From assembly GCA_047602405.1 (NCBI GenBank), contig JASGHJ010000002.1, positions 2,848,001 through 2,912,000 on the forward strand: a stretch of DNA of 64,000 nt, given 5' to 3'. Positions 18,634 to 28,761 of this stretch are shown piece after piece. Below the pieces are notes generated by a model. It made no database searches. It saw nothing but the letters and a program-made list of their open reading frames with translations, and was not told the origin of the DNA. The translations under genes were made by a program, and so were the position numbers. Within the stretch, counting starts at the first letter, position 1. Each line of letters begins with the position of its first letter. The DNA is from Anaeromyxobacteraceae bacterium (lineage in GTDB: Bacteria; Myxococcota; Myxococcia; Myxococcales; Anaeromyxobacteraceae).

Positions 18634-19861
18634 AGCCCACCCCCTCACCCCGGCCCTCTCCCGCGGCGCCGGGGGAGAGGGGGAGGTGAACCCGGTCCAC
18701 GAGGCGCCGCGCGACCTCCACGAGGCACGCCAGGCGGCGGTGCGCGCGCCCGGGGCCGGCCTGCGGCGGCAGCTCGGGCCGGCCGAGGAGCCGCACCGCC
18801 TGCTCGGCGCCGCCCGGGCGGCGGCCCAGGACCCGCGCGCAGGCGAGGCGCACGTCGGCGAGGTCGACGATGGGCGCGCCCTCGGCCCGCAGGAGCCCGA
18901 GCGCGTACGGCCCCCAGGCGCAGTAGAGGTCGCCCGGCCGCACGAACCGCGCGAAGCGCGCGACGGCCTCCGCCGCGGGCTCGCCTGCCAGGAGCCGCTC
19001 CGCGGGCAGCTCGAGGTGGGTCGCGACGCCGGGGCCGAGCGGCCGCCGGGGCGCGATCACCGCCTCGAAACGCTCGCCCGTCGACGGCCGCTCCGCCACG
19101 AGCTGCACGAGCTCGGGCTCGCCCTCGAGGGAGCTCCCCTCGGCCCACGCGTTCGCCTCCGCGTAGATCGCGACCACGTCCCCGGGGCGCCGCGCGAGCT
19201 CGGCGACCGTCGCGTCGACGCGCGGCCGGCGGGGCCCGCGCCGCTCGAGCCGGCGCGGCGGGCCGGTCCGGCGCGCCTTCTCCTCGAGCTGCAGGTCCAC
19301 CATCCGGTCGAAGGCCTCGAGCACCGGCAGGAACCGCTCCGGCTCGCCCTCGAGCGCGCCGAGGAGGTGCACGAGCGCCTCGATCGTCGAGACGCAGTCG
19401 GCGGAGGGCTCCCGGCGGATGCGGTAGTTGCTCGGCCGCTCCGGCGCGAGGCCGATGCGCGGCAGCGCCTGCAGGAACGGGTTGAGGCGGATGAGCTTCC
19501 TCGCCTGGGACCAGGTGCCGTCGACGACCACGACCGTGCGGGGCGGCCGCCCCCGGAGCGCGGCGGGGTCGACGGCCCCCGGCCCCGGGAAGAGCAGCAT
19601 CGTGCCCTCCTCCGCCGCGACCTCGCGCACCCGCGGGTGATCCTCGAAGGAGACCCCGAGGTGGAGCTCGGAGTTGGGCAGCGAGAGGTGGGCCATGCGG
19701 GCGGTGCCGATGGCGGTCTTCCGCTCGCGGACGTGCTGGAGGATGCAGGCGCGGGTCGCGCTCGCCGTGGGCCTGAGGTGCCGGCACCAGCAGGCGCGGC
19801 GGGCGCGGTAGCACCGGGGGCAGCGCTCGCGGTGGGCGGGGATCGCGGGGGCGTCGAGCAT
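18620..19861 (-). CDS. DTW-domain protein (tRNA acp3U transferase family) with C-terminal extension
   Basis: CPRC...CWC, ILQHVRE...IGTARMA, LLFPG, VVVDGTWSQARK, YRIRREP, VSTIEA. Confidence 0.88.
   Translation of the reverse strand: MLDAPAIPAHRERCPRCYRARRACWCRHLRPTASATRACILQHVRERKTAIGTARMAHLSLPNSELHLGVSFEDHPRVREVAAEEGTMLLFPGPGAVDPAALRGRPPRTVVVVDGTWSQARKLIRLNPFLQALPRIGLAPERPSNYRIRREPSADCVSTIEALVHLLGALEGEPERFLPVLEAFDRMVDLQLEEKARRTGPPRRLERRGPRRPRVDATVAELARRPGDVVAIYAEANAWAEGSSLEGEPELVQLVAERPSTGERFEAVIAPRRPLGPGVATHLELPAERLLAGEPAAEAVARFARFVRPGDLYCAWGPYALGLLRAEGAPIVDLADVRLACARVLGRRPGGAEQAVRLLGRPELPPQAGPGRAHRRLACLVEVARRLVDRVHLPLSPGAAGEGRGEGVGFTAA
18641..18686. repeat. REP-like palindrome (CCCCTCACCCCGGCCCTCTCCC...GGGAGAGGG) at the junction of convergent genes
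   Basis: CCCTCTCCC / GGGAGAGGG stem; lies inside the 3' end of the DTW ORF. Confidence 0.6.
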
Positions 19862-20000
19862 CGACGGCCGGAGGTGTACCACGGGCGCCCGGGGCGGGTC
19901 AGGGCGCCGGGCGCTCCGCCGTTCACGTTCCCGTCATCTGCCGTCGTCTAGCTTCGCGTGCAGCTCGGGGTCTCTCCCACCCCGCGAGGAGACACGTCAG

Positions 20001-21050
20001 ATGAGAACCGTGAAGGTCTGGGATCCCGTCGTCCGGCTGTTCCACTGGGGGCTCGCGCTCACCGTCCTGGGCTCCTTCCTCACCTCGGACGAGGACGCCC
20101 TCGTCCCCACCCACGTGAAGCTCGGCCTCGCCGTCGTCGCGCTCGTCGTGACCCGGCTCGCCTGGGGGCTCCTCGGCCCCGGCCCCGCCCGCTTCTCGAG
20201 CTTCGTGAAGCGCCCGCGGGAGGTGCTCGCCTACGCGCGCGAGCTCCTGCGCGGCCGCCCCACCCTCCACCTCTCCCACAACCCGCTCGGCGGCGCGATG
20301 GTGGTCGCGCTCCTCGCCGTGCTCGCCGGCCTCGCCGCGACCGGCGCGCTCGTCTACGCCGGGCCGGAGTTCCAGGGCCCGCTCTCGGGCGTCCTCTCGA
20401 AGGGCGGCGCGCACGCCGTGAAGGAGGTGCACGAGGGGCTCTCGGCCGCGCTGCTCGTGCTCGTCGGGCTGCACGTCGCGGGCGTCGTCGGCTCCTCGCT
20501 GCTCGAGCGCCAGAACCTCGTGCTCGGGATGATCACCGGCAGGAAGCGCGCACCGGACGGCGAGGCCGCCCCGGCGCCCGCCCCGTCCTGGCTCCCCCTC
20601 GCCCGCGCGGCCGGCGCCGCGACCGCGATCGCGCTCGGCGCCGCGGCCGCCTTCGGGCTGGGGTTCATCCTGGGGGTGCCGTCCCGCGCGGCCGCGGGCG
20701 GCGACGTCTCCCGCGGCCTCCTCGAGGAGTACGCCGCCGCCGCGAAGGCGGCCCGGCCCGGCTTCGCGGGCTTCTCGGCCGCCGAGGGGCGCCGCATCTA
20801 CACGGCCGAGCACGTCCAGGCGGGGCAGAAGGTGTCCTGCGCGACCTGCCACACCGACGACCCGCGCCGGACCGGCCGCACGCCCATCGGCAAGGTGGTC
20901 GAGCCGCTCGCCCCCGCGGCGAACCCGGCCCGCCTGACCAATCGCGCCGACGTCGAGAAGTGGTTCCGCCGGAACTGCACGCAGGTGCTGGGCCGGGAGT
21001 GCACCCCCGAGGAGAAGGGGCACTTCGTCACCTACCTCCTCTCTCCCTGA
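20001..21050 (+). CDS. Cytochrome b (Ni_hydr_CYTB-like) fused to a DUF1924/SHP-like monoheme cytochrome c
   Basis: WDPVVRLFHW, HNPLG, EVHE, LHVAGV, NLVLGMITGRK; then CATCH and KWFRRNCTQVLGRECT. Confidence 0.87.
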   Translation: MRTVKVWDPVVRLFHWGLALTVLGSFLTSDEDALVPTHVKLGLAVVALVVTRLAWGLLGPGPARFSSFVKRPREVLAYARELLRGRPTLHLSHNPLGGAMVVALLAVLAGLAATGALVYAGPEFQGPLSGVLSKGGAHAVKEVHEGLSAALLVLVGLHVAGVVGSSLLERQNLVLGMITGRKRAPDGEAAPAPAPSWLPLARAAGAATAIALGAAAAFGLGFILGVPSRAAAGGDVSRGLLEEYAAAAKAARPGFAGFSAAEGRRIYTAEHVQAGQKVSCATCHTDDPRRTGRTPIGKVVEPLAPAANPARLTNRADVEKWFRRNCTQVLGRECTPEEKGHFVTYLLSP

Positions 21051-21066
21051 GTCCGAGGACCACGCC

Positions 21067-21658
21067 ATGAAGATCCAGCCGAAGCACGCCGCCCTCGCCG
21101 TCGCCCTCCTCGCCGCCACCGCCACCCTCGCCTCCGCCGGCGAGCACGGCCGCGACCGGGAGCGCGAGCACGAGGAGCGCGAGGGACACGAGGAGCACGA
21201 GGGGCGCCGGGAGCACGACGGGCGCGGCGCCCGCGCCGGGGGGGAGCGGGCGGGGCGCGGCGCCCCCGCGTCCGCCGCGGCGATCGAATCCCACCTACGC
21301 GAAGGAGTGCGGAGCGTGCCACCTCGCCTACCCGCCCTCCCTCCTGCCCGCGGCGGGCTGGCGCGGCGTCATGGCTGGCCTCGACCGCCACTTCGGGCAG
21401 GACGCCGCGCTGGACGAGGCGACCCGCGGCCGGATCGAGGCGTGGCTCGTCGCAGGGGCCGGCCGCGACCGCGGGCCCGCGGACGGCGATCCCTCACGGA
21501 TCTCCGGCCAGCGCTGGTTCGTGCGCGAGCACCGCGAGGTCCCCGCGGGCGCCGTGGCGCGCCCGGCGATCCGCTCCTGGGCGAACTGCCAGGCCTGCCA
21601 CGCCGGCGCCGCGGGCTGGGATTTCGACGACGATCGGGTGAAGATCCCCCGGGGCTGA
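21067..21658 (+). CDS. Diheme cytochrome c (DHC) with His/Glu-rich linker (apparent +1 frameshift near 21283)
   Basis: Signal peptide and EHGRDREREHEE...; after the shift NPTYAKECGACHLAYPPSLLP..GW...HFG...WFVREH...NCQACH. Confidence 0.85.
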
Positions 21659-21661
21659 CCC

Positions 21662-22351
21662 ATGCGCATCCTGGTCGTCGAGGACACCCGGCCGCTCGCG
21701 CGGTCCATCGCCGACGGGCTCTCCGAGGAGGGCTTCGCGGTGGACGTGTGCCACGACGGCGAGGACGGGCTCCACCTCGCCTCGGAGATCGCCTTCGACG
21801 CGATCGTGCTCGACCGGATGCTCCCCTCCCTCGACGGCCTCACGGTGCTCTCCCGGCTGCGCGCGAAGGGCGTCCGCACCCCGGTCCTGCTCCTCACCGC
21901 GCTCGGCGAGGTGCGGGACCGGGTGGACGGGCTCGACGCGGGCGGCGACGACTACCTCGTGAAGCCCTTCGCGTTCGACGAGCTCCTGGCCCGGGTGCGG
22001 GCGCTCGTGCGCCGCAGCCAGGGCCACGCCCGCAACGTGCTCGAGCTCGGGCGGCTCCTCCTCGACCTCGGGGCCCGGGTGGCCTCGGTGGACGGCGCGC
22101 CGCTCGAGCTCTCGGCGAAGGAGTTCGCGCTCCTCGAGCTCCTCGCGCTCGCCCGCGGCAAGACGTTCTCGCGCACCGAGATCGCCGCGAAGCTCTACGA
22201 CGAGGAGAGCGACCGCGACTCGAACGTCATCGACGTGTTCGTGGCCCGCCTGCGGCGGAAGCTCGACGCCGCCGGGCTCGACGGCGCGGCGCTCGTGGTC
22301 ACGATGCGCGGCGCCGGCTACCGGCTCGCGCCCGGGGAGGCGGCCCGGTGA
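21662..22351 (+). CDS. OmpR-family response regulator
   Basis: MRILVVED...LDRMLP..DG...DDYLVKPF; winged helix SNVIDVFVARLRRKL...RGAGY. Confidence 0.95.
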   Translation: MRILVVEDTRPLARSIADGLSEEGFAVDVCHDGEDGLHLASEIAFDAIVLDRMLPSLDGLTVLSRLRAKGVRTPVLLLTALGEVRDRVDGLDAGGDDYLVKPFAFDELLARVRALVRRSQGHARNVLELGRLLLDLGARVASVDGAPLELSAKEFALLELLALARGKTFSRTEIAAKLYDEESDRDSNVIDVFVARLRRKLDAAGLDGAALVVTMRGAGYRLAPGEAAR

Positions 22352-23751
22352 CGCTGCGCGCGAAGCTCGTGCTCCTCGTGGTGGGCCTCGTGGCCGCTGT
22401 CCTGCTCGCGCTCGGCGGGTTCCTCGACCGCTCCTTCCACCGCTGGTCGGGGGAGGCGACCGAGCACGAGCTCGAGGAGCGCGCGGCGCTGCTCGCCTCC
22501 CGGCTCGAGTACGAGCACGGCCGGGAGCTGCAGCTCGAGGACGACGACGAGGAGCACGGCACGCCGCTCCACGACCCGGCCCACCCCTACCGCGTGACCG
22601 CGCCCGGCGGGGAGGTGCTCCTCTCGCGCCCGGGCTTTCCGTGGCCGGCCGCGGAGGCGGGCCGCGCGCCGCGGGTGGAGGGCGTGACCGACGCCGGCGG
22701 GCGCGCCTGGAAGATCGTGACGGGGCGGTTCCCGATCCCCGAGAAGCACGGCCGGGGCGGGACGGTGATCGTGCAGGTCGCCGGCCCGGCCTCGCCGTTC
22801 ACGGCGCTCGAGGGCCCCTTCCGGCGGGGCCTCGTGGTCGCGGTGGCGGTCGCCCTCCTCCTCGCCGCGCTCGCCGCGGCCGCCCTGACGCACGCGTCGC
22901 TCGCGCCGCTCGACCGGCTCGCCGGCCAGGTCGACGCGATCGGAGCGCGCTCGCTCGACCGGCGCGTCGCCGAGGACGGGCTCCCGCCCGAGCTCCGCGG
23001 GCTGGCGCGCGCCTTCAACGCGCTGCTCGGGCGGCTCGAGGAGGCGATGCAGCGCGAGCGCCAGCTCGTGGCGCGGGCGAGCCACGCGCTCCGCACGCCC
23101 ATCGCGACCATCCGCTCGCGCGCCGAGGTCACCCTGCGCCGCGATCGCGACCCGGAGGCGTACCGCGCGGCCCTGCGGGAGGTGGACGAGGCGGCGGCGG
23201 AGGCCGGGCGGCTCGTGCAGGGGCTCCTGCAGCTTTCGCGGCTCGACGAGGCCGGCCGGGAGGAGCCCCGGGAGGACGTCGAGCTCGCCGCGCTCGTCGC
23301 CGGCGCGGTCCGCCTCCTCTCGCCGCGCGCGGAGCTCGCCGGCGTCGCCCTGGAGGCGGACGTGGGCGCCGGGCTGCGCGTGCGCGCGACGCCCGGTGCG
23401 CTCCGGGAGCTCGTCGAGGCGCTCCTCGACAACGCGGTCCACTACACGCCCCGCGGCGGCAGGGCGGGGGTCCGCGCGGCTGCGGCCCCCGGCGGCGGCG
23501 CGGAGCTCCGGGTCTGGGACACGGGCCCGGGCATCCCGGCGGAGGAGCGGGAGCGGGTCCTCGAGCGCTTCCAGCGGGGCGCCGCGGCCCAGGCCTCGGG
23601 CAGGCCCGGCAGCGGGCTCGGGCTCGCGATCGTGAAGGCGATCGCGGACGCCCACGGGGCGACGCTCACGCTCGGCGACCGCCCGGGCGGCGGGCTCGAG
23701 GTGGCGGTCGCGTTCCCTCCCGCGCTGGACGGCCCCCGGGCGGTCGGCTAA
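22348..23751 (+). CDS. HAMP sensor histidine kinase
   Basis: Two TM segments, HAMP, ASHALRTP, DNAVHY, DTGPGI, GSGLGLAIV. Confidence 0.92.
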   Translation: MTLRAKLVLLVVGLVAAVLLALGGFLDRSFHRWSGEATEHELEERAALLASRLEYEHGRELQLEDDDEEHGTPLHDPAHPYRVTAPGGEVLLSRPGFPWPAAEAGRAPRVEGVTDAGGRAWKIVTGRFPIPEKHGRGGTVIVQVAGPASPFTALEGPFRRGLVVAVAVALLLAALAAAALTHASLAPLDRLAGQVDAIGARSLDRRVAEDGLPPELRGLARAFNALLGRLEEAMQRERQLVARASHALRTPIATIRSRAEVTLRRDRDPEAYRAALREVDEAAAEAGRLVQGLLQLSRLDEAGREEPREDVELAALVAGAVRLLSPRAELAGVALEADVGAGLRVRATPGALRELVEALLDNAVHYTPRGGRAGVRAAAAPGGGAELRVWDTGPGIPAEERERVLERFQRGAAAQASGRPGSGLGLAIVKAIADAHGATLTLGDRPGGGLEVAVAFPPALDGPRAVG

Positions 23752-23775
23752 CACGGGGCCTCCGGAGGTTCCCCC

Positions 23776-25162
23776 GTGCCGCCCACGGCCACTGCCGCCC
23801 TCCTCGCCTGCATGCTCACCACCACGCCCGCCTCGCGCTGGACCGCCTACGAGACCTCCCGCGACGGGAAGGCGCCGCTCGCCCCGCCCGCCACCGCCGG
23901 CGCCGGCGGAGGCCCCGAGATCGCCGTCGACCCCGGGGAGGGCTTCCAGGGAATCCTCGGCTTCGGCGGCGCGCTCACCGAGTCGTCGGCCTGGGTGCTC
24001 GCGCAGCTGCCACCTGCGCGGCGCCTCGAGGTGCTGCGCCGCTACTTCGACCCCGCGGACGGCCTCGGCTACACGCTCGCCCGCACGCACGTGAACTCGT
24101 GCGACTTCTCGCTCCACATGTGGGAGCTCGATCCCGTCCCCGGCGACTACGACCTGCACGGCTTCTCGCTCGAGCCCATGCGGCGCTGGCTCCTGCCGCT
24201 CCTCCACGACGCGCAGGCGGCGGCGGGCGGCGCGGGCAAGCTCCGGCTGCTCGCCTCGCCGTGGAGCCCGCCGTCCTGGATGAAGACGAACGGCACCATG
24301 GACCGGGGCGGGAAGCTCCGGCCGGAGTACGCACCGTCCTGGGCCGGGTACTACGTGCGCTTCGTGGAGGAGATGGAGAAGGAGGGCCTCCCGGTCTGGG
24401 CGCTCACGGTCCAGAACGAGCCCGAGGCCGCGCAGCGCTGGGAGTCCTGCGAGTACACGCCGGAGGAGGAGCGCGACTTCGTGCGCGACCACCTCGGCCC
24501 GGCCCTCGAGCGCGCCGGCCTCGCGCGCGTGAAGCTCCTCGGCTGGGACCACAACCGCGACCGGCTCGAGGCGCGCGCCGCGGCGATGCTGGGCGACCCC
24601 GCCACCGCGCGGTACCTGTGGGGGCTCGGGGTGCACTGGTACGTGAGCGACGACTTCGCCGCCTCCGCCCGCGTCCACGCCGCCCACCCGACGAAGCACC
24701 TCCTCTTCACCGAGGGGACCGTGGAGGGCGCGCGCATCGGCCTGTGGGAGAACGCCGAGCGCTATGCCCACCAAATCATGGGCGACCTCTCGAACTTCGT
24801 GGAGGGCTGGATTCGACTGGAACGTGGTGCTCGACCAGCGGGGCGGGCCGAACCACGTCGGCAACTTCTGCGACGCGCCGGTCATCGTCGACACGCGCAC
24901 GAAGGAGGTCCGCTACGGCCCGTCCTTCCACGCCATCGCCCACTTCTCCCGGTTCGTGAAGCCGGGCGCGCGGCGGATCGCCTCGCGCGCGGCGGCGGGC
25001 GCGCCGGAGGCCATCGCCTTCCGGAACCCGGACGGCGCGGTCGCGATCGTGCTCCTCAACGCGACCGACCGGGCCGTCGACTTCACGCTGCGCGTCGGCG
25101 CGGAGGCGCGGCCGGCGCGGATCCCGGCCCACGCCATCCAGACCCACCTCCTCCGGCCGTGA
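23776..25162 (+). CDS. Glycoside hydrolase family 30 (apparent frameshift near 24812)
   Basis: FQGILGFGGALT, SCDFS, ASPWSPP.WMKT, QNEP (acid/base), WDHN, HWY, FTEG (nucleophile); DWNVVLDQRGGPNH in the next frame. Confidence 0.88.
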
Positions 25163-25185
25163 CCCTCCCCGTGAAGGCCGCCTCG

Positions 25186-25905
25186 ATGCGTCTCGCCCCG
25201 TGGCTGATCGCCGCCCTCGCGGCCCCCCTGCTCGCGGCCGGGGCCCCGCCTTCCGACGACCGCAGCGGCCTCTCGCGCTACCGGGCCGCGAACGCGCGCC
25301 TCGGCCCTCCCCGGCCCGACGAGCAGCGCGTCGTCCTCCTGGGCGACTCGATCGTCGAGGACTGGCCCGTCCGCGGCGCGGCGCTCTTCCGCGGCCGCCC
25401 CTGGATCGGGCGCGGCATCGCCGGCCAGACCACCGCGCAGCTCCTGCTCCGGTTCCGGCAGGACGTGGTGGAGCTCCGGCCCGCGGCGGTGGTGGTCCTC
25501 GGGGGCACGAACGACGTCGCCGGCAACGACGGCCCGTACCGGGAGGAGGAGACCGTCGCGAACGTCACCGCCATGATCGAGCTCGCCCGCCAGAGCCGGA
25601 TCCAGGTGGTCCTCGCCGCGGTGCTCCCGGCGGCCAGCTACCCGTGGCGGCCGGGCGGCGACCCGCCGGCGAGGATCCGTGCGCTCAACGCGCGCCTGCA
25701 GGCGCTCGCGGCGGCCACCGGCGCCGGCTGGGCCGACCTCCACGGGCCGCTGGCGGACGCGCGCGGCGGGCTCCCGCCCGCGCTCAGCGAGGACGGCGTG
25801 CACCCGAACGCCGCCGGCTACGCACGCATGAACCCGATCGTCGAGCGCGCCGTGCGCGAGGCCCTCGGGGTGAAGGCCGCGTCGCAGCCCGGCGGCGCGC
25901 CGTAG
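25186..25905 (+). CDS. SGNH/GDSL esterase, exported
   Basis: GDSI, RGIAGQTT, GGTND and DGVHPN blocks; signal peptide. Confidence 0.9.
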   Translation: MRLAPWLIAALAAPLLAAGAPPSDDRSGLSRYRAANARLGPPRPDEQRVVLLGDSIVEDWPVRGAALFRGRPWIGRGIAGQTTAQLLLRFRQDVVELRPAAVVVLGGTNDVAGNDGPYREEETVANVTAMIELARQSRIQVVLAAVLPAASYPWRPGGDPPARIRALNARLQALAAATGAGWADLHGPLADARGGLPPALSEDGVHPNAAGYARMNPIVERAVREALGVKAASQPGGAP

Positions 25906-25934
25906 GGCGGGCCGCGCCCGCGCGGCGCGCCGGT

Positions 25935-26780
25935 TCAGGGCCGCCGCGCCTCCAGCCGCGCGAGGTCGTCGGCGTGCATGCTCACCCCGCCGAACTTGCG
26001 GTCGGGCGAGATGGCGGGGCCGTGGTAGTCCGACCCCGCGGTCGGCACGAGGTCGTACGCCTCGGCGAGCCGCAGGTACTTCTCGCGCATCGACGGGTTC
26101 TGCTCGGCGTGGTGGACCTCGATGCCCGAGGCGCCCGCCTGGCGGAGGTACTCGATCGCCGGCTTCTCGAGGCCGGAGAGGCCGGGGTGGGCGATGGTCA
26201 CGGTGCCGCCCGCCTTCCGGACGAGGGCGACGGCGTCCTGGGCGAGGAGGCGGTAGCGGCCGACGTAGGCGGGCTTGCCCTCGCCGAGGTAGCGGTCGAA
26301 CGCCTCCCGCACGTTGAGGACCGCGCCCGTCTCCACGATCGCCCGCGCGACGTGCGGGCGGCCGATCGTCTTCCCGCCGCTGTGCTTCTCGATGTCGGCC
26401 TCCGAGAGCACCACCCCGAGCGCGGCCAGCTTCTTCACGATCTCGCCCATGCGCCGCCGGCGGTGGTCGGCGAGGAGATCCTCGAAGGCGCGCAGCTCGG
26501 GCGAGGCGGGATCCACGAAGTGGCCGAGGAGGTGGATCTCGCGCCGCTCGCGGTCGCTCACGTGGCAGCTGAGCTCGATGCCGGGCACGAACCGCACCCC
26601 GAGCCGCCCCGCGGCCTCCGCCGCCTGCGGGAGCGCCGCCACGGTGTCGTGGTCGCACAGCGCCCACACCTTCACGCCCGCCGAGGCGGCGAGCGCCGCG
26701 ACCTCGGCGGCCGGGTACTGGCCGTCGGAGGCGAGGCTGTGGGAGTGAAGATCGATCGTCCCGCCTTGACCGTCCGCCAT
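25935..26780 (-). CDS. PHP-domain phosphoesterase (TrpH/YciV-like)
   Basis: DLHSHS..SDG, CDHDT, GIELS, GRPHVA, AHP, GSDYHG. Confidence 0.92.
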   Translation of the reverse strand: MADGQGGTIDLHSHSLASDGQYPAAEVAALAASAGVKVWALCDHDTVAALPQAAEAAGRLGVRFVPGIELSCHVSDRERREIHLLGHFVDPASPELRAFEDLLADHRRRRMGEIVKKLAALGVVLSEADIEKHSGGKTIGRPHVARAIVETGAVLNVREAFDRYLGEGKPAYVGRYRLLAQDAVALVRKAGGTVTIAHPGLSGLEKPAIEYLRQAGASGIEVHHAEQNPSMREKYLRLAEAYDLVPTAGSDYHGPAISPDRKFGGVSMHADDLARLEARRP

Positions 26781-26832
26781 GTGCCGCACCTCGGAGCCTT
26801 CTGAAGCAGGGCGTGCTAGGATAGTCAACCGG

Positions 26833-27315
26833 ATGCAGCACGTCCTCCGCATCTCCCGGAAGATCGACTACGGCCTCAGGGCCATGATCTACCTCGCCAG
26901 CATCCCGGCCGAGGCGGTGGTCCCGTTCAGGGAGATCGCCCGCCAGATGGACGTCCCCGAGGACTTCCTGGCGAAGATCCTGAAGACCCTGGTGGACCAC
27001 ACCCTGGTCCGGTCGACCCGCGGACCGCACGGGGGGTACGCGCTCGCCCGGCCCGCCACGGACATCAGCTTCCTCGACGTCATCGAGGCGGTGGAGGGCC
27101 CGGTCGCGGTGAACGTGTGCCTCGACGGCGAGGACGCCTGCGGGCACTCGACCCAGTGCACCATGGTGCACGTCTGGCGGCTCGGCCAGGACCGGATGCT
27201 CGACGTCTACCGGCAGGCGAAGCTCGCCGAGCTCGCGTTCAAGCCCGGCCAGGGCGGCAACATCGGCCTCGTCCAGCTCGACGCCGCCGGCGCCCGGGCG
27301 ACGCCGCAGGGCTAG
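26833..27315 (+). CDS. Rrf2-family transcriptional regulator, IscR-like with three Cys
   Basis: DYGLRAMIYLA...STRGPHGGY.LARP...VEG...CLDGEDACGHSTQC. Confidence 0.9.
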   Translation: MQHVLRISRKIDYGLRAMIYLASIPAEAVVPFREIARQMDVPEDFLAKILKTLVDHTLVRSTRGPHGGYALARPATDISFLDVIEAVEGPVAVNVCLDGEDACGHSTQCTMVHVWRLGQDRMLDVYRQAKLAELAFKPGQGGNIGLVQLDAAGARATPQG

Positions 27316-27318
27316 GCC

Positions 27319-28761
27319 CAATGCCGATCGGTTAGCGCCAACCGATCGAGACCGATGGGGATTTTGGAGGCCGGGGCAGCAGAGTTGCCGCGGCGATCCA
27401 GGAGATCATGATGCGGCGATCGCCCGGAGGGCGATCCCATGCCGCGTCGCCCCGTTTCCGCCCAAGAGGACAGCTCGGGCGAGTTGCTGGATAGGTTCCA
27501 GGCGAGCCTCGATCCCGAATGGATCGAGGAAGCCCTTCAGGCCACCGGGACGGCCACCATCCGCCGGCGCCGCCTTCCAGCCGAGCAGGTCGTCTGGCTC
27601 GTGCTCGGGATGGGCATCTACCGTAACAAGCCCATCGCCGAGATCGTCGCGGAGCTCGATCTCGCGCTACCGGGGCGGCGCCCGCGCGCGGCCTCGAGTT
27701 CGGTGACCCAGGCGCGCGAGCGGCTGGGCAGCGAGCCCATCCGCTGGCTGTTCGAACGCAGCGCCGAAAAGTGGGCGCACGAGAGTGCGCGCCGGCACGC
27801 GTGGCGCGGGCTCGCCGTCTACGGCGTGGACGGCACGACCGTCCGTCTCCCGGACTCCGAAGCGAACCGCGATCATTTCGGCTACGCCGTGAGCTCCCGA
27901 GGCGAGAGCGCGTATCCGATGGCACGCCTCGTCACGCTGATGGCCCTCCGCTCGCACCTGCTGGCGGCGGCCCGCTTCGGTCCACAGTCGGGCAGCGAGA
28001 TCGCTCTCGCCAGGGAGTTGTGGCCGCTCGTGCCGGACGAGTCGCTGTGCATCGTGGATCGCAACTTCCTCTCGTCGGCGCTGCTCATCGGCATTGCGAG
28101 CCACGGGCATCGAAGGCACTGGCTCATCCGCGCGAAGAGCGACACGGCCTGGAAGGTAGTCCGCTCGCTCGGGCGCGGCGACTGGCTCGTCGAGAAGACC
28201 GTCCACCGGGACGCCCGCCGAGAGAACCCTGACCTCCCCGAGCGCTGGGAGATGCGGGCGATCCGCTATCAGCGGAAGGGCTTCAAGCCTCAGACCCTGC
28301 TGACGTCGATGACGGACCCGGAGGTTTACCCGGCGGCCGAGATCGTCGCGCTCTACCACGAGCGCTGGGAGATCGAGCTCGGCTACGACGAGGTCAAGAC
28401 TGTCATGCTCGACCGCGAGGAGACGACGCGCAGCAGGACTCCTCGCGGCGTCTCCCAGGAGCTCTGGGGCCTCGCCCTCGCGTACAACCTCGTCCGGCTC
28501 GAGATGGAGCGCATGGCCGAGGACGCCGGCGTCACGCCCGACCGCGTCAGCTTCAAGAACGCGCTCATGTACATCGAGCACGCCCTCCTAACGCTCTCCC
28601 TAGAGAGCGCGGGACGCATCCCGGAGCACCTCCGCCGCCTCCGGGAAGACGTCGTGCACTTCATCCTGCCGAAGCGACGGCTGCGGTCCTACCCGAGGGC
28701 CGTGAAGATCAAGATGAGCAACTACCCCCGGAAACGCCGAGGGCTTAAGTGAGCGGCATTG
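27319..28761 (+). mobile_element. Complete IS4-family insertion sequence (1443 bp)
   Basis: Imperfect terminal IRs CAATGCCGATCGGTTAG and (reverse complement) CAATGCCGCTCACTTAAG; 10-bp direct repeat GGGCTAGGCC at 27309-27318 and 28762-28771. Confidence 0.95.
27439..28752 (+). CDS. IS4-family DDE transposase
   Basis: RRRRLPAEQVVWLV, VDGTT, VDRNF and YHERWEIELGYDEVK (YREK signature). Confidence 0.95.
   Translation: MPRRPVSAQEDSSGELLDRFQASLDPEWIEEALQATGTATIRRRRLPAEQVVWLVLGMGIYRNKPIAEIVAELDLALPGRRPRAASSSVTQARERLGSEPIRWLFERSAEKWAHESARRHAWRGLAVYGVDGTTVRLPDSEANRDHFGYAVSSRGESAYPMARLVTLMALRSHLLAAARFGPQSGSEIALARELWPLVPDESLCIVDRNFLSSALLIGIASHGHRRHWLIRAKSDTAWKVVRSLGRGDWLVEKTVHRDARRENPDLPERWEMRAIRYQRKGFKPQTLLTSMTDPEVYPAAEIVALYHERWEIELGYDEVKTVMLDREETTRSRTPRGVSQELWGLALAYNLVRLEMERMAEDAGVTPDRVSFKNALMYIEHALLTLSLESAGRIPEHLRRLREDVVHFILPKRRLRSYPRAVKIKMSNYPRKRRGLK

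Noticed and set aside
21067..23751. 894-aa ORF joining the DHC N-terminus to the histidine kinase
   Set aside because: Artefact of the DHC frameshift reading through the response regulator out of frame; the kinase has its own GTG at 22348.
23776..25905. 709-aa GH30-SGNH fusion
   Set aside because: Caused by the frameshift near 24812; the GH30 C-terminus lies in another frame ending at 25162 and the SGNH gene has its own signal peptide.
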